DNA of 64,000 nt, taken from the NCBI GenBank assembly GCA_051881195.1, contig JBJEPK010000010.1, positions 1,389-65,388 of the forward strand, written 5' to 3'. This document shows, piece by piece, positions 20,539 to 31,434 of this stretch. The position numbers and the translations under genes were made by a program. The notes under the pieces are model-generated. The model was not told the origin of the DNA. It saw nothing but the letters and a program-made list of their open reading frames with translations, and ran no database searches. Origin of the DNA: Eubacterium sp. Its GTDB lineage: Bacteria; Bacillota; Clostridia; Oscillospirales; Acutalibacteraceae. Within the stretch, counting starts at the first letter, position 1. Each line of letters opens with the position of its first letter.

Positions 20539-21564
20539 CTATTGCAATAACGAATATGCATTAGAAATATTATTGTAATTAGTGTGGGTTAATTCTTTCT
20601 TCAATGTCCCCTGCTTTTGTTCTATCAAGGTTTTGTTATCAGAATTGATAACATACTTAATATCACTGCCACTGTAAGTCAAGATGCCATTATCGATGGA
20701 ATAGGTACCGTCGGTGGAGGAAACATCCCACTGGCCATCAAGCTTTTCGGTGCTATAATGGGTTATCTTGCAGGTGCCGGATTCCTTATCAAACTTGATT
20801 GAATCTATTTTGTACAAGCCATCATCGGTCTTGTCGCCCATTATGTACCAATAACCGTCAAAGATATATGATGTATCGCTATGGTTGACTGTAGTTGCCT
20901 CATAAGCAATTGTAGGTTCCGTCTTTTTTAGGCTATGGTCAAAAACAATATCGGACACATCCTTTTTTATATCACCGCTAAAGGTATTGGCAACCAAGTA
21001 GGTATATACATTATCATCCTTTACAAATTGAAGATTTATCTTAAAGGTCATTGTATATTCCTCGTCTGCCCTAATACCAATATCATCGGCATAAAAGAAA
21101 ATTGACCTAAATGAATCATCCACATTATCGGTGTACTCATAATTGGTGGATATGGGCTTTTCATTTTTTACGCCGTTGCGGGTTAGGTCACCCTTGTAAA
21201 TTGATACGCCCTGAATATACTCAATCAATGATGGGTCGTCAATGGTTGTATATACTATTTTTTTGTCTTTATTTATCACTCCGGTACCTGTGCCAAATGT
21301 AACCTTTGGGTTCTCAGGATTGCTAACTGAATTAAAATAATAATGGGAGCCCCCTGCCACCAGTGCCAGTATTAGCACCAGTATTACCACAAATCTTGCC
21401 GGCCCGGATTTTTTGCCGGATGATATATCCTGATACTTACGTTCCGGGGCTTTTGCCTCCGATAGGAGAACAAATCCGTCGTCAGCATCACACTTGGCGC
21501 CGCAATAGGGACAAACCTTAACCTCATCCTCCAAATATTCAAGACAATTCAGACATCTCTTCAT
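20539..21564 (-). CDS. Hypothetical bitopic membrane protein with N-terminal zinc ribbon
   Basis: CLNC...CPYCG, one TM, large extracellular domain; GAGG RBS. Confidence 0.7.
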   Translation of the reverse strand: MKRCLNCLEYLEDEVKVCPYCGAKCDADDGFVLLSEAKAPERKYQDISSGKKSGPARFVVILVLILALVAGGSHYYFNSVSNPENPKVTFGTGTGVINKDKKIVYTTIDDPSLIEYIQGVSIYKGDLTRNGVKNEKPISTNYEYTDNVDDSFRSIFFYADDIGIRADEEYTMTFKINLQFVKDDNVYTYLVANTFSGDIKKDVSDIVFDHSLKKTEPTIAYEATTVNHSDTSYIFDGYWYIMGDKTDDGLYKIDSIKFDKESGTCKITHYSTEKLDGQWDVSSTDGTYSIDNGILTYSGSDIKYVINSDNKTLIEQKQGTLKKELTHTNYNNISNAYSLLQ

Positions 21565-21696
21565 AAGCCAAACCTCATAAAAAATTCAATCATAATATAA
21601 CACCTTTTTTCATAATTCTCAACAGATTTAATTATTGTTTACATTAGATTAATAATTTTATATAGAAAAGGCGTACCGTAGTACGCCATCGACATC

Positions 21697-22596
21697 CTAT
21701 TCTATTGCCTGTAACAAGCGGTTAATATCCTCACTACCGGCAAGCCGGTCGCAAAAGGCGGTGGCATTACCACAGACACTGGCCAATCGCAAAGCGTAGC
21801 GGTAATCACCGGTCCTAATATACCCTGCCAAAAAACCTGCCACCGTACTATCCCCGCAGCCGGTGGTATTTCTGACCTTGCCGTCAATAATCGGCTCAAA
21901 ATTTGTGTCACCGTTTTCGTCCAAAAGCAACATTCCCTGCTTGCCCATACTCACCAGCACATTCTTGGCTCCCATACGCTGCAATTCTGTGGCACCGGCC
22001 ACAACATCATCACGACTATTCATGCTCCTGCCTAACAAATCTGCCATCTCGTGATGATTAGGCTTAACCAAAAAGGGATGATACCCCAACAATGACTTGA
22101 ACGGATTACCCGTGGTGTCCACAATCAGCCGTATATTACGCTTGCCAACAGCACTGACAATTCTGTCATAGGCACTTTCTCCCATGGATGAGGGAATACT
22201 GCCTGCCAACACAAGATAGTCCCCGTCCTTTATGTCCTTGAGCTTTTGAATAAGCTCCTGCTCGTTCCTAAGCGTTACCGAGGGACCACGGGTGTTTATA
22301 ACAAAGTCGGTGGCACCGGTTAACTTTACATTAATTCTGGTGTCCGACTGTATTGTAACAAAATCCGTATCAATATGCTGGTTCTCTAACAGTGACAGCA
22401 GCTTGCTCCCACTGAAGCCGCCTACAAAGCCCAATGCCCTGCTTTCCACACCCAATCGCCGCAGCATAACACTGACATTAATTCCCTTGCCGCCGTAGTC
22501 AATATGAGTACTTTCTGCCTGCTGAACATCGGCAGAAATTTCTCCCACCTTCAAATAATAATCCAACGCAGGATTAAGCGTAACGGTATAAATCAT
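21697..22596 (-). CDS. 1-phosphofructokinase family (PfkB) hexose kinase
   Basis: MIYTVTLNPALD, GGKGINVS, KPNHHE and TTGCGDS motifs. Confidence 0.9.
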   Translation of the reverse strand: MIYTVTLNPALDYYLKVGEISADVQQAESTHIDYGGKGINVSVMLRRLGVESRALGFVGGFSGSKLLSLLENQHIDTDFVTIQSDTRINVKLTGATDFVINTRGPSVTLRNEQELIQKLKDIKDGDYLVLAGSIPSSMGESAYDRIVSAVGKRNIRLIVDTTGNPFKSLLGYHPFLVKPNHHEMADLLGRSMNSRDDVVAGATELQRMGAKNVLVSMGKQGMLLLDENGDTNFEPIIDGKVRNTTGCGDSTVAGFLAGYIRTGDYRYALRLASVCGNATAFCDRLAGSEDINRLLQAIE

Positions 22597-22659
22597 AAAA
22601 TCACCCGTTACTATTATAAACAAAAAATCCACCGATAAACGGTGGATTAATTATTATCA

Positions 22660-23730
22660 TTACAGCAGAGAGGCAACCAGATCGCCCATCTGAGCAGTAT
22701 TTACAGCCTCAAAGCCCTCCTCAAAAATATCCGGTGTTCTGGCCTTTGTCAATGCAGTGTCAACTGCCTTTTCTATAGCATCGGCAGCCTGGATTTCGCC
22801 AAAGGTATAGCGCAACATCATTGCGCCGGAAAGTATGGTGGCCAATGGATTAGCCTTGCCCTGACCTGCAATGTCGGGAGCTGAGCCGTGGATAGGCTCA
22901 TACAATCCAAAGGTACCCTCTGCCAACGAAGCAGACGCCAGCATACCGATTGAGCCACTAATCATAGATGCCTCGTCAGAAAGAATATCGCCAAAAATAT
23001 TGCTGGTAACAATGGTGTCAAATTGATTTGGATTGCGAACAAGCTGCATAGCGCAGTTATCAACATACATATAGGAAACCTCTACATCCGGATAATCCAC
23101 AGCAGTTTCCTCCATAACCTTGCGCCACAATCTTGATGAATCCAGCACATTTGCTTTGTCAACACAAGTTAGCTTTTTGTCCCTCTTCATAGCATACTCA
23201 AATCCGGCAACGACAATTCTCTTTATTTCAGGATATGTATAGCGTTCGGTATCGTATGCTCCCACAACTCCGTTTTCCTCATAGGTGCCGCGGTCACCAA
23301 AGTAGATACCACCGGTGAGCTCACGAACAATGAGAATATCAAGACCGTCGCCAATAATCTCCTCCTTAATCGGAGAAGCAGACTTGAGTGGCGCAAATAT
23401 CTTTGCAGGACGAAGATTAGCGAATAATCCAAGGTCCTCACGAATTGCAAGCAGTCCTTTTTCAGGACGGTTGCTTCCAGGCTGATTATCCCACTTAGGT
23501 CCGCCTACAGCACCAAGCAGCACTGCATCACCGGCCTTGCAGGCATCGGCTGTAGCCTGAGGATAAGGAACACCTTCGGCGTCAATGGCACAACCACCGA
23601 GAAGCTGGTAGTTGTAGTCAAACGAAAAGCCAAACTTCTCCCCCGCTTTATCCAAAACCTTAATGCACTCGTCAACTATTTCGGGTCCGATTCCGTCGCC
23701 CTTGAGTACGGTAATCTTATATTTATTCAT
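22660..23730 (-). CDS. leuB: 3-isopropylmalate dehydrogenase
   Basis: [29 protein letters not shown] and [12 protein letters not shown] motifs. Confidence 0.97.
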   Translation of the reverse strand: MNKYKITVLKGDGIGPEIVDECIKVLDKAGEKFGFSFDYNYQLLGGCAIDAEGVPYPQATADACKAGDAVLLGAVGGPKWDNQPGSNRPEKGLLAIREDLGLFANLRPAKIFAPLKSASPIKEEIIGDGLDILIVRELTGGIYFGDRGTYEENGVVGAYDTERYTYPEIKRIVVAGFEYAMKRDKKLTCVDKANVLDSSRLWRKVMEETAVDYPDVEVSYMYVDNCAMQLVRNPNQFDTIVTSNIFGDILSDEASMISGSIGMLASASLAEGTFGLYEPIHGSAPDIAGQGKANPLATILSGAMMLRYTFGEIQAADAIEKAVDTALTKARTPDIFEEGFEAVNTAQMGDLVASLL

Positions 23731-23742
23731 AATTATGTCCTC

Positions 23743-25479
23743 CTAACAAACGTCAAATATACCCGGCATTGTGTCATCGCGATAAACATCATCCTGGTCA
23801 CGGTTGATGGCACAGATGATACCCTTCATACAAGCATAACCGATATTGTGGCTAACGCCAATACCAAAAATATCCTTGCCCTTTGGCGTCTTGAGGTGGA
23901 TATAACTGATAGCCTTGGAATCAGAGCCAACAGATATAGCATGCTCATCATAATCAACAAAGTCGTACTCGCGAAGCTCTGTCTTGTTCATAGCGTCACA
24001 AAACGCAGCTACAGGACCATTGCCGTAGCCCTCGATAGAAACAGGCTCGTTATCCTTATACTTGAGTGTGCCGGTAAAGTGAACAGAAGTGAGGTAATCC
24101 TCCTCATTCTTTTCCTCAGTAATCTTGTAGTTGACCAATCTGTAAGGGCCGGCAACATTTCTGTATTCTTTTTGGAAGAGGTCAAATACCTCGTCAGGGG
24201 TAATTTCCTTGCCTTTTTCGTCACAAGCCTTTTGCACAATAGCACCAAACTCAGGGTGCATTGCCTTTGGCATCTTAATGCCATAATTGTTTGCAAGAAT
24301 AAAGGCTGTACCGCCCTTGCCGGATTGGGAGTTGATACGGATGATGGGCTCATACTCTCTGCCCACATCGGCAGGGTCGATAGGAAGATATGGCACCTCC
24401 CAAAGGTCTGTACCACTGTCCTCCATATATATTTTGCCTTTGTTGATAGCGTCCTGGTGAGAGCCGGAAAATGCAGTAAAAACAAGCTCGCCGGCGTATG
24501 GCCAACGAGGTGGAACCTGCATCTTTGTGCAACGCTCATACACCTCTTTAATCTTATTGATATGATGGAAATCAAGCTCGGGGTCAATACCCTGAGTCCA
24601 CATATTCATAGCAAGAGTAATGACATCCACATTACCTGTACGCTCGCCGTTGCCAAACAATGTGCCCTCAACTCTGTCAGCACCTGCCATCAAACCAAGC
24701 TCGGTAGCAGCAACGCCCTCTCCACGGTCATTGTGTGGATGAAGTGAGATAATAGCCGCATCTCTGTTTGGCAAATGACGACAAAAATACTCAACCTGGT
24801 CGGCATAATAGTTTGGCGATGCACACTCAACTGTATTTGGCAAATTAAGAATAATAGGATTATCCTTGGTGATATGCAATGCCTCCATAACCTGACGACA
24901 AATCTCCACAGAATTGTCAACCTCGGTCTGGGAGAATGACTCCGGAGAATACTCAAAGCGAATATTCATCTCGGGATGAAGCTTCTTTTGTTCCTCTGTA
25001 AGGTCATATATCAGCTTTGCGCCGTTGATTGCAATATCGATTACGCCCTGCATATCCGTCTTGAATACAACCTTACGCTGAAGGGTTGAGGTGGAATTGT
25101 AAAAATGCACAATAACATTCTTAGCACCCTCAATAGCCTCAAATGTCTTTTTGATAAGATGCTCTCTGGCCTGAACAAGTACCTGGATGGTAACATCATC
25201 AGGAATGTATCCGCCCTCGATAAGAGTACGCAAAATCTCATAGTCGGTATCGGATGCTGATGGAAATCCAACCTCAATCTCCTTGAATCCTACATCAATA
25301 AGAGTCTGGAAAAACTCCAGCTTTTCCTGTAAATTCATAGGGTCAACAATGGATTGGTTGCCGTCACGCATATCCACTGAGCACCATACCGGTGCCTTTG
25401 TAATCGGGGTGTCAGGCCATGTTCTGTCGGGGATATTCACCGGCTTAAACGGTCTGTACTTTTTGTAGCCTGGGTTCAT
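23743..25479 (-). CDS. leuA: 2-isopropylmalate synthase (yeast/actinobacterial-type)
   Basis: WCSVDMRDGNQ, SLHPHNDRG, FGNGERTGN and INSQSGKGG motifs. Confidence 0.96.
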   Translation of the reverse strand: MNPGYKKYRPFKPVNIPDRTWPDTPITKAPVWCSVDMRDGNQSIVDPMNLQEKLEFFQTLIDVGFKEIEVGFPSASDTDYEILRTLIEGGYIPDDVTIQVLVQAREHLIKKTFEAIEGAKNVIVHFYNSTSTLQRKVVFKTDMQGVIDIAINGAKLIYDLTEEQKKLHPEMNIRFEYSPESFSQTEVDNSVEICRQVMEALHITKDNPIILNLPNTVECASPNYYADQVEYFCRHLPNRDAAIISLHPHNDRGEGVAATELGLMAGADRVEGTLFGNGERTGNVDVITLAMNMWTQGIDPELDFHHINKIKEVYERCTKMQVPPRWPYAGELVFTAFSGSHQDAINKGKIYMEDSGTDLWEVPYLPIDPADVGREYEPIIRINSQSGKGGTAFILANNYGIKMPKAMHPEFGAIVQKACDEKGKEITPDEVFDLFQKEYRNVAGPYRLVNYKITEEKNEEDYLTSVHFTGTLKYKDNEPVSIEGYGNGPVAAFCDAMNKTELREYDFVDYDEHAISVGSDSKAISYIHLKTPKGKDIFGIGVSHNIGYACMKGIICAINRDQDDVYRDDTMPGIFDVC

Positions 25480-25509
25480 AATAATAATCTCCTTTCATTT
25501 TGTAGGAGC

Positions 25510-25785
25510 ATAACAAAAGCCCCCACACACGGTAATGTATAGGGGCGTAGTTATCACGCGGTACCACCCTACTTCGGCAGCAAGCTGCCCTTTAGCATCA
25601 AACAATGCCTTAGCCTTTAACGGAAGCTACCCGTCCGTCCCTATTAATTACTATTCAGGACAGCGACTCAACAGAGAGCTATACATTAATCATCCTGTAT
25701 CGGCTCGCACCAACCGCCGACTCGCTGAAACTAAAATGAAAAATCTTTTTCTGCATCACAGTCTTTTTTGGGTACTGTTATTTCA
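25510..25785 (-). promoter_or_regulatory. T-box riboswitch leader of leuA-leuB
   Basis: Minus strand stem-I-like CAGCGAG..GGTGCGAG, probable Leu specifier CTC, T-box AGGGTGGTACCGCG, then terminator GCCCC..GGGGCTTTTG; upstream TTGACA-N16-TATAAT at 25794-25821. Confidence 0.9.
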
Positions 25786-25827
25786 GTAAACATATTATAG
25801 CAAATATAATTTTTTTGTCAAGTGTTT

Positions 25828-26469
25828 TTACAGCTTAGAATATCCGTAGCCGTTGCTGATAGCGTCCACCGGCAAGCCCTGTCTGCACAACTCACAATTA
25901 TGAGCGGGATATGCCATATAATCAGGAATATCGGATTTGTCAAAAATAGAGTCAACCTCTACACCACCGATGTTGTCCTGCATACTGAACACACTGGAGA
26001 TACCCACAGTATTACCGCCATAATATGCAATACTCTCCATTGCTCTCTCCACAGTCCTGCCGCTGGTGATACAGGAAATGAGAATAACAACATTCTTGCC
26101 GGTAATCATACGGCGCAGATTGTCACGAAAGATAAGATTACCTGCCGCATCATACTCCGAGCCTACAACAAATACAGAACCGTCGGGATTGGGTCTCATC
26201 ATATTGGGACGGGACAGCTCGTGTGCAAGATAAGCACCCAAGGTCTGTGTCTCATAAAGGCATAGCACGGTGTCAACATCGGTCATTGTATTGTTGTAAT
26301 GCTCGGCTAACAGCATAGCGGCATCAACAGACACATTATGATTGTGTTTAACGTCCGATGTTCCCACATAATAATTTATGTGATTGTTAGAAGAAATAAA
26401 GTGACCCCTCATAACATGAATAAATACACGGTCACTTCTCTGGCTAGTAATAGTATAAATTTCGCTCAT
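25828..26469 (-). CDS. Type I phosphoribosyltransferase-fold protein (PyrE-like, atypical motif)
   Basis: GHF..SNNHINYY; VVILISCITSG at the PRPP loop; C-terminal CELC. Confidence 0.7.
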   Translation of the reverse strand: MSEIYTITSQRSDRVFIHVMRGHFISSNNHINYYVGTSDVKHNHNVSVDAAMLLAEHYNNTMTDVDTVLCLYETQTLGAYLAHELSRPNMMRPNPDGSVFVVGSEYDAAGNLIFRDNLRRMITGKNVVILISCITSGRTVERAMESIAYYGGNTVGISSVFSMQDNIGGVEVDSIFDKSDIPDYMAYPAHNCELCRQGLPVDAISNGYGYSKL

Positions 26470-26574
26470 ATATCATTACCCCTTTTTGTTTAATTCTACA
26501 TTAATTACTTGCATTTTTCAATAAAAAAACAGCACAAAAAAATGTGCTGTTTTTTGTGCTATTTGACATTGAAG

Positions 26575-27147
26575 TTATTTTTTAGATGCTCTTGCAATAG
26601 CCTCCTCAAAGGTTTCTATCTTGAATCCGTTAGCGTCGGCATCTATATCATCTGTAAGAATCTGCACAGTCTCAACCAAAGCCCAAATCTCTGCAGCTAC
26701 CAATCCAAGTCCAAAAAACAACGAGCCCACAACACATACCAGCAATTGTGCCAGGAATCTGGACTTGTTGCCCAAATACAGATTGTGAATACCCAGCATA
26801 CCCAGTGTTGCGCCAAGAATAACTGCTACATACTTTCTCTTAATCTTATAGCCGTCCGGATAATCAGTGCTGGATGCCGGCTTGAAATCTACAGGCTGAG
26901 CGTAGTAATTTTGGTTAGGTGCTCCGGCAAACGGCGGTTGGTTAAAGTTGGGTGCATAGTATGAATTCTGCTGTGGGTCTGCATAATAAGATTGGTTATT
27001 GGCAACCGGTTCTTCTGCAGCAGGCTCTTCTGTAACAGGGGCTTGAACAACAGGTTCCTCTGCAACATGAGCTTCGTTTTCAGGCGATACTGTGCAAGTG
27101 CAAGCCTCACCCTCAGCTAATTCTCTTCCACAATTAGGACAAATCAT
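26575..27147 (-). CDS. TM2-domain membrane protein with N-terminal zinc ribbon
   Basis: CPNCG..C.C; KRKYVAVILGATLGMLGIHNLYLG TM2 motif. Confidence 0.85.
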   Translation of the reverse strand: MICPNCGRELAEGEACTCTVSPENEAHVAEEPVVQAPVTEEPAAEEPVANNQSYYADPQQNSYYAPNFNQPPFAGAPNQNYYAQPVDFKPASSTDYPDGYKIKRKYVAVILGATLGMLGIHNLYLGNKSRFLAQLLVCVVGSLFFGLGLVAAEIWALVETVQILTDDIDADANGFKIETFEEAIARASKK

Positions 27148-27326
27148 AAATAATACCTCCTTAATTCTTTAGTTAAATTATACTTCTATTTCGCTGTTAA
27201 GTCAAACAAAAATTGTGCGGTTTGTAAAAAAATAATAATATAGAAATTAATGTACAAATGCTATTGAAATAGATTTTTTTTAGGTATATAATATACACAA
27301 AATTCGTACAATATTAGGAGTATGGT

Positions 27327-28727
27327 ATGAACAAATTTATGGACAAGGACTTTCTGTTGGACACGGAGGTAGCAAGGGAGCTATTTCACAACTATGCTGA
27401 GAATATGCCAATCTGCGACTACCATTGTCATTTGAGTCCAAAAGAAATATACGAAAACAAACAGCCATCCGACATAAGCCAACTATGGCTGTCAGGAGAT
27501 CACTACAAGTGGAGGGCAATGCGCTCCTGCGGTGTGGAAGAAAAGTATTGTACCGGCAACGCAACTCCAAAGGAAAAATTTCTCAAATTCGGCGAGACCC
27601 TGCAATACTGCATCGGCAATCCATTGTATCACTGGGCACACATTGAACTTCAGAGATACTTCGGCATAAACACGCCGTTAAACAAAGCAACTGCCGAGGA
27701 TATTTACCAATGCGCAAATGAGGCTATCGCCAACGGCGACTTTAGGCCGCAGACGCTAATCAAAAAATCCAATGTAAAATATATTTGCACTACGGACGAC
27801 CCCATTGACGACCTGAAGTACCATAAACTACTAAAGCAAGTAGAGGACTTTGACTGTACTGTGCTGCCGTCCTACCGACCTGACAAGGCGCTTAACATTC
27901 ATCTGGAGGGCTTTGCTGATTACATCAAAACTCTGGGAGAGGTTGCAGAAACGGAAATCAAGTCATACAAGGATGTAATAACCGCCCTACTCAAAAGATG
28001 TGACTACTTTCACGCTGTAGGATGCAGAGTGTCCGACCAGGCATTTGAGTATGTTCCGTACAGTATAGCCAATGATGAAGAGGTTGATGCTATATTCCAA
28101 AAGGCGATGGCAGGAGAGGCAATCACCGCTGAGGAAAGCGATAAATACAGAACGCCCGTTCTGCTTGCGCTTGGCAAAAAATATCATCAACTGGGTTGGG
28201 CAATGGAGATACACATTGGTGCTATCCGTAACAACTCAAGTCGTATGTTCAATCAACTGGGTCCTGACACAGGCTTTGACTCAGTCGGCGATTGCGAAAT
28301 CGCTGTAACACTGTCCAAATTTATGAATGCGCTGGATAAAACCAACCGGTTGCCAAAGACCATACTGTTTAACCTAAACGACAAGGACAACACTGTGCTG
28401 GCCACTATGCTGGGTAACTTCCAAAGTGCCGAGGCAGACAGCAAAATTCAGTTTGGCCCTGCGTGGTGGTTCCTGGATACCATGGACGGTATGACCAACC
28501 AAATGAAATCCCTTGGCAATCTGGGTGTGCTGGGCAAATTTGTGGGCATGGAGACGGACTCCCGTTCCTTTACATCATACGGCAGACACGAATACTTCCG
28601 TCGTATCATGTGCCGACTGTTGGGCAGATGGGTTGAGGACGGCTGGTACGCCTACGACAAGGATATCCTAAAAGAGATTGTCCAGGGCATCTCATATAAC
28701 AACGCAATAAAATACTTTGATTTTTAA
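27327..28727 (+). CDS. uxaC: Glucuronate (uronate) isomerase
   Basis: DYHCHL, GDHYKWRAMR, WWFLD and TDSRSF..RHEYFRR motifs. Confidence 0.96.
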   Translation: MNKFMDKDFLLDTEVARELFHNYAENMPICDYHCHLSPKEIYENKQPSDISQLWLSGDHYKWRAMRSCGVEEKYCTGNATPKEKFLKFGETLQYCIGNPLYHWAHIELQRYFGINTPLNKATAEDIYQCANEAIANGDFRPQTLIKKSNVKYICTTDDPIDDLKYHKLLKQVEDFDCTVLPSYRPDKALNIHLEGFADYIKTLGEVAETEIKSYKDVITALLKRCDYFHAVGCRVSDQAFEYVPYSIANDEEVDAIFQKAMAGEAITAEESDKYRTPVLLALGKKYHQLGWAMEIHIGAIRNNSSRMFNQLGPDTGFDSVGDCEIAVTLSKFMNALDKTNRLPKTILFNLNDKDNTVLATMLGNFQSAEADSKIQFGPAWWFLDTMDGMTNQMKSLGNLGVLGKFVGMETDSRSFTSYGRHEYFRRIMCRLLGRWVEDGWYAYDKDILKEIVQGISYNNAIKYFDF

Positions 28728-28740
28728 AACGGAGGACATT

Positions 28741-29838
28741 ATGAATCTTAATCTAAGACCAAAAGAAGAATGTACTTTTGACGAAATCTCACTGGGCGAA
28801 ATCATGCTCAGACTTGACCCCGGAGAGGGTAGAATAAAGACTGCTCGCTCCTTCCGTGCATGGGAGGGCGGCGGCGAGTACAATGTTGCTCGCGGACTGC
28901 GTCGTTGCTTCGGCCTAAAGACTTCTGTTGTTACTGCATTTGCTGACAACGAGATTGGTTATCTTATGGAGGACCTCATACTACAGGGCGGCGTGGACAC
29001 ATCTCTAATAAAATGGATTCCATACGACGGTATCGGCCGTACAGTACGCAACGGTATCAACTTTACCGAGCGTGGATTCGGTATTCGCGGTGCTGTGGGC
29101 ACCTCTGACAGAGGCAACACAGCAGCATCCCAGCTAAAACCGGGGGACATTGATTGGGACTACATCTTTGGTACGCTGGGTGTACGCTGGCTACACACCG
29201 GCGGAATCTACGCTGCACTGAGCGAAACTGCTGCCCAGGTAGTAATTGAAGCTGTAAAGGCGGCCAAAAAATATGGCACAATCGTATCCTACGACCTTAA
29301 CTACCGTCCATCTCTATGGAAGGGTATCGGCGGACAGGCTAAAGCACAGGAAGTTAACAGAGAAATTGCAAAGTACGTTGACGTTATGATTGGCAACGAG
29401 GAGGACTTTACTGCATCCCTGGGATTTGAAGTAGAGGGAAATGACGCAGACCTTAAAGAGTTGAACATGGACGGATACTACAAGATGATAGAGACCGTAA
29501 CCAAGGCATACCCCAACTTCAAGGTAATCGCTACCACACTGCGTACAGTAAAGACAGCTACTGTAAACGACTGGAAGGCAATCTGCTGGGCTGACGGCAA
29601 AATCTACAACTCACTGGAATATCCGGGACTGGAGATTATGGACAGAGTTGGCGGCGGCGACAGCTTTGCATCAGGTCTTATCTACGGTCTTATGACCTAC
29701 CAAGATGCCCAAAAGGCAGTAAACTATGGCGTTGTTCACGGCGCACTGGCTATGACCACACCGGGAGACACATCCATGGCGTCCCTAAAAGAGGTTGAAG
29801 CGAAGGTAAACGGCGCAGGTGCCAGAGTACAGAGATAA
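28741..29838 (+). CDS. kdgK: 2-keto-3-deoxygluconate kinase (PfkB family)
   Basis: LGEIMLRL, GGGEYNVA, YDLNYR and DRVGGGDSF motifs; GGAGG RBS before ATG 28741; pathway context. Confidence 0.88.
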   Translation: MNLNLRPKEECTFDEISLGEIMLRLDPGEGRIKTARSFRAWEGGGEYNVARGLRRCFGLKTSVVTAFADNEIGYLMEDLILQGGVDTSLIKWIPYDGIGRTVRNGINFTERGFGIRGAVGTSDRGNTAASQLKPGDIDWDYIFGTLGVRWLHTGGIYAALSETAAQVVIEAVKAAKKYGTIVSYDLNYRPSLWKGIGGQAKAQEVNREIAKYVDVMIGNEEDFTASLGFEVEGNDADLKELNMDGYYKMIETVTKAYPNFKVIATTLRTVKTATVNDWKAICWADGKIYNSLEYPGLEIMDRVGGGDSFASGLIYGLMTYQDAQKAVNYGVVHGALAMTTPGDTSMASLKEVEAKVNGAGARVQR

Positions 29839-29853
29839 CAGGAGGATAACATA

Positions 29854-30510
29854 ATGGCAAACAAGATTGAAACCCTTGCAAAAATTCAAGAGGTAGGTAT
29901 AGTAGCGGTTGTTCGTGCTACATCCATTGAGCAGGCAGAAAAAATCACCGACGCTTGTATCGCCGGTGGCGTTGCCGCTATCGAGCTTACATTCACAGTG
30001 CCTCACGCTGACAAGCTGATTGAGGCAATGAGAGAAAAATACAACAATGGCGAAATCATCATCGGCGCCGGTACAGTTATGGACGCTGCTACTGCAAGAA
30101 TCGCTATTCTCGCTGGTGCAGAGTACATTGTTGCTCCGTATTTTGACCCGGAGACAGTCAAGTGCTGCAACAGATACGGTATTCCGTCAATGCCGGGTAT
30201 CTACTCACCCACCGAGGCTGTACAGGCTATGGAATGCGGCGCAGATGTGCTCAAAGTGTTCCCGGGCGACCTGGCAACTCCTAGCTTTATCAAGGACATT
30301 CACGGTCCAATTCCTCACGCTATTATGATGCCGTCCGGCGGCGTAGATGTGGACAACGTAAAGGATTGGATTAAAGCAGGTGCTATAGCTGTCGGTGCAG
30401 GCTCATCCCTAACTGCCGGTGCCAAGACAGGCGACTACCAAAAGATTACCGAAACCGGTAAAATTTTTGTCCAGCGAATTAAAGAAGCAAGAGCAGAAAT
30501 GGCAAAGTAA
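29854..30510 (+). CDS. eda: KDPG/KHG aldolase
   Basis: VAVVR, IELTF, IGAGTV, LKVFP and MPSGGV motifs. Confidence 0.93.
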   Translation: MANKIETLAKIQEVGIVAVVRATSIEQAEKITDACIAGGVAAIELTFTVPHADKLIEAMREKYNNGEIIIGAGTVMDAATARIAILAGAEYIVAPYFDPETVKCCNRYGIPSMPGIYSPTEAVQAMECGADVLKVFPGDLATPSFIKDIHGPIPHAIMMPSGGVDVDNVKDWIKAGAIAVGAGSSLTAGAKTGDYQKITETGKIFVQRIKEARAEMAK

Positions 30511-30523
30511 AAACAGCAAAAAC

Positions 30524-30550
30524 AAAGAGGACTCGGCTGAGTCCTCTTTT
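30524..30550. terminator. Bidirectional terminator between eda and the SDR gene
   Basis: AAAGAGGACTC/GAGTCCTCTTT inverted repeat. Confidence 0.75.
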
Positions 30551-30567
30551 AATTATATCACAATAGA

Positions 30568-31416
30568 TTATACGCCGGAATATGCGTTAAAGCCGCCGTC
30601 AACCGGAATATTAACGCCGGTAATAAATCCGGAATACTCCTCGTCACAAAGGAACAGAAGTGTGCCGTCCAATTCCTCCGGCTTGCCGAATCTGTCCATA
30701 GGTGTTGCAGCAAGAATCTTGCCGGTACGCTGAGTTGGAGAGCCGTCCGGATTCCACAGCAAAGTCGCATTCTGCTTGGTTGAGAAAAAGCCGGGAGCAA
30801 TGGCATTAACTCTGATTCCCATGGGGGCAAAATGCACAGCCATCCACTCGGTAAAGTTCTTTACGGCAGCCTTTGCCGCAGAGTAAGCGGGAATACGGGT
30901 CAGCGGGCGAAATGCGTTCATTGATGTTACCATGACAATACAGGCATTGTCCTTCTCCACCATATCGCGGGCAAACACCTGGGTAGGGATAAGAGTGCCC
31001 AAAAAGTTAAGGTTGAAAACAAAGGAAATACCGTTTGGGTCAAGGTCAAAAAATGTTTTGACATCGGGATTTTTCTCCACCAAGTCAATAGCCTCCAGAG
31101 TATCCTTTGTGGTAGTGCCCTTTGGATTATTACCTCCCGCACCGTTAAGCAAAATATCGCAGGTGCCAAGCTTCTCGGCAATAATGTCCCTTGCTTTCTG
31201 CATGGACTCCTGCTCCAGGACATTACATCCTACAGCAATAGCCTCACCACCATCGGCAACAATCTCGTCAGCGCACTTTTGTGCAGCCTCTTCGTTCAAA
31301 TCCAAAACAGCAACCTTACAGCCCTGCTTAGCAAGGGTCTTTGCAAACCGGCCGCAAAGCACTCCGCCTCCGCCGGTAACTACAGCTACTCTGCCCTTCA
31401 AATTTTCGTGTGTCAT
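30568..31416 (-). CDS. uxuB: SDR-family D-mannonate oxidoreductase (UxuB-like)
   Basis: TGGGGVLC, NGAGGNNP, YSAAK and DGGFNAYSGV motifs; directly downstream of uxuA. Confidence 0.85.
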   Translation of the reverse strand: MTHENLKGRVAVVTGGGGVLCGRFAKTLAKQGCKVAVLDLNEEAAQKCADEIVADGGEAIAVGCNVLEQESMQKARDIIAEKLGTCDILLNGAGGNNPKGTTTKDTLEAIDLVEKNPDVKTFFDLDPNGISFVFNLNFLGTLIPTQVFARDMVEKDNACIVMVTSMNAFRPLTRIPAYSAAKAAVKNFTEWMAVHFAPMGIRVNAIAPGFFSTKQNATLLWNPDGSPTQRTGKILAATPMDRFGKPEELDGTLLFLCDEEYSGFITGVNIPVDGGFNAYSGV

Positions 31417-31434
31417 AATATTACTCCTGTGTGA

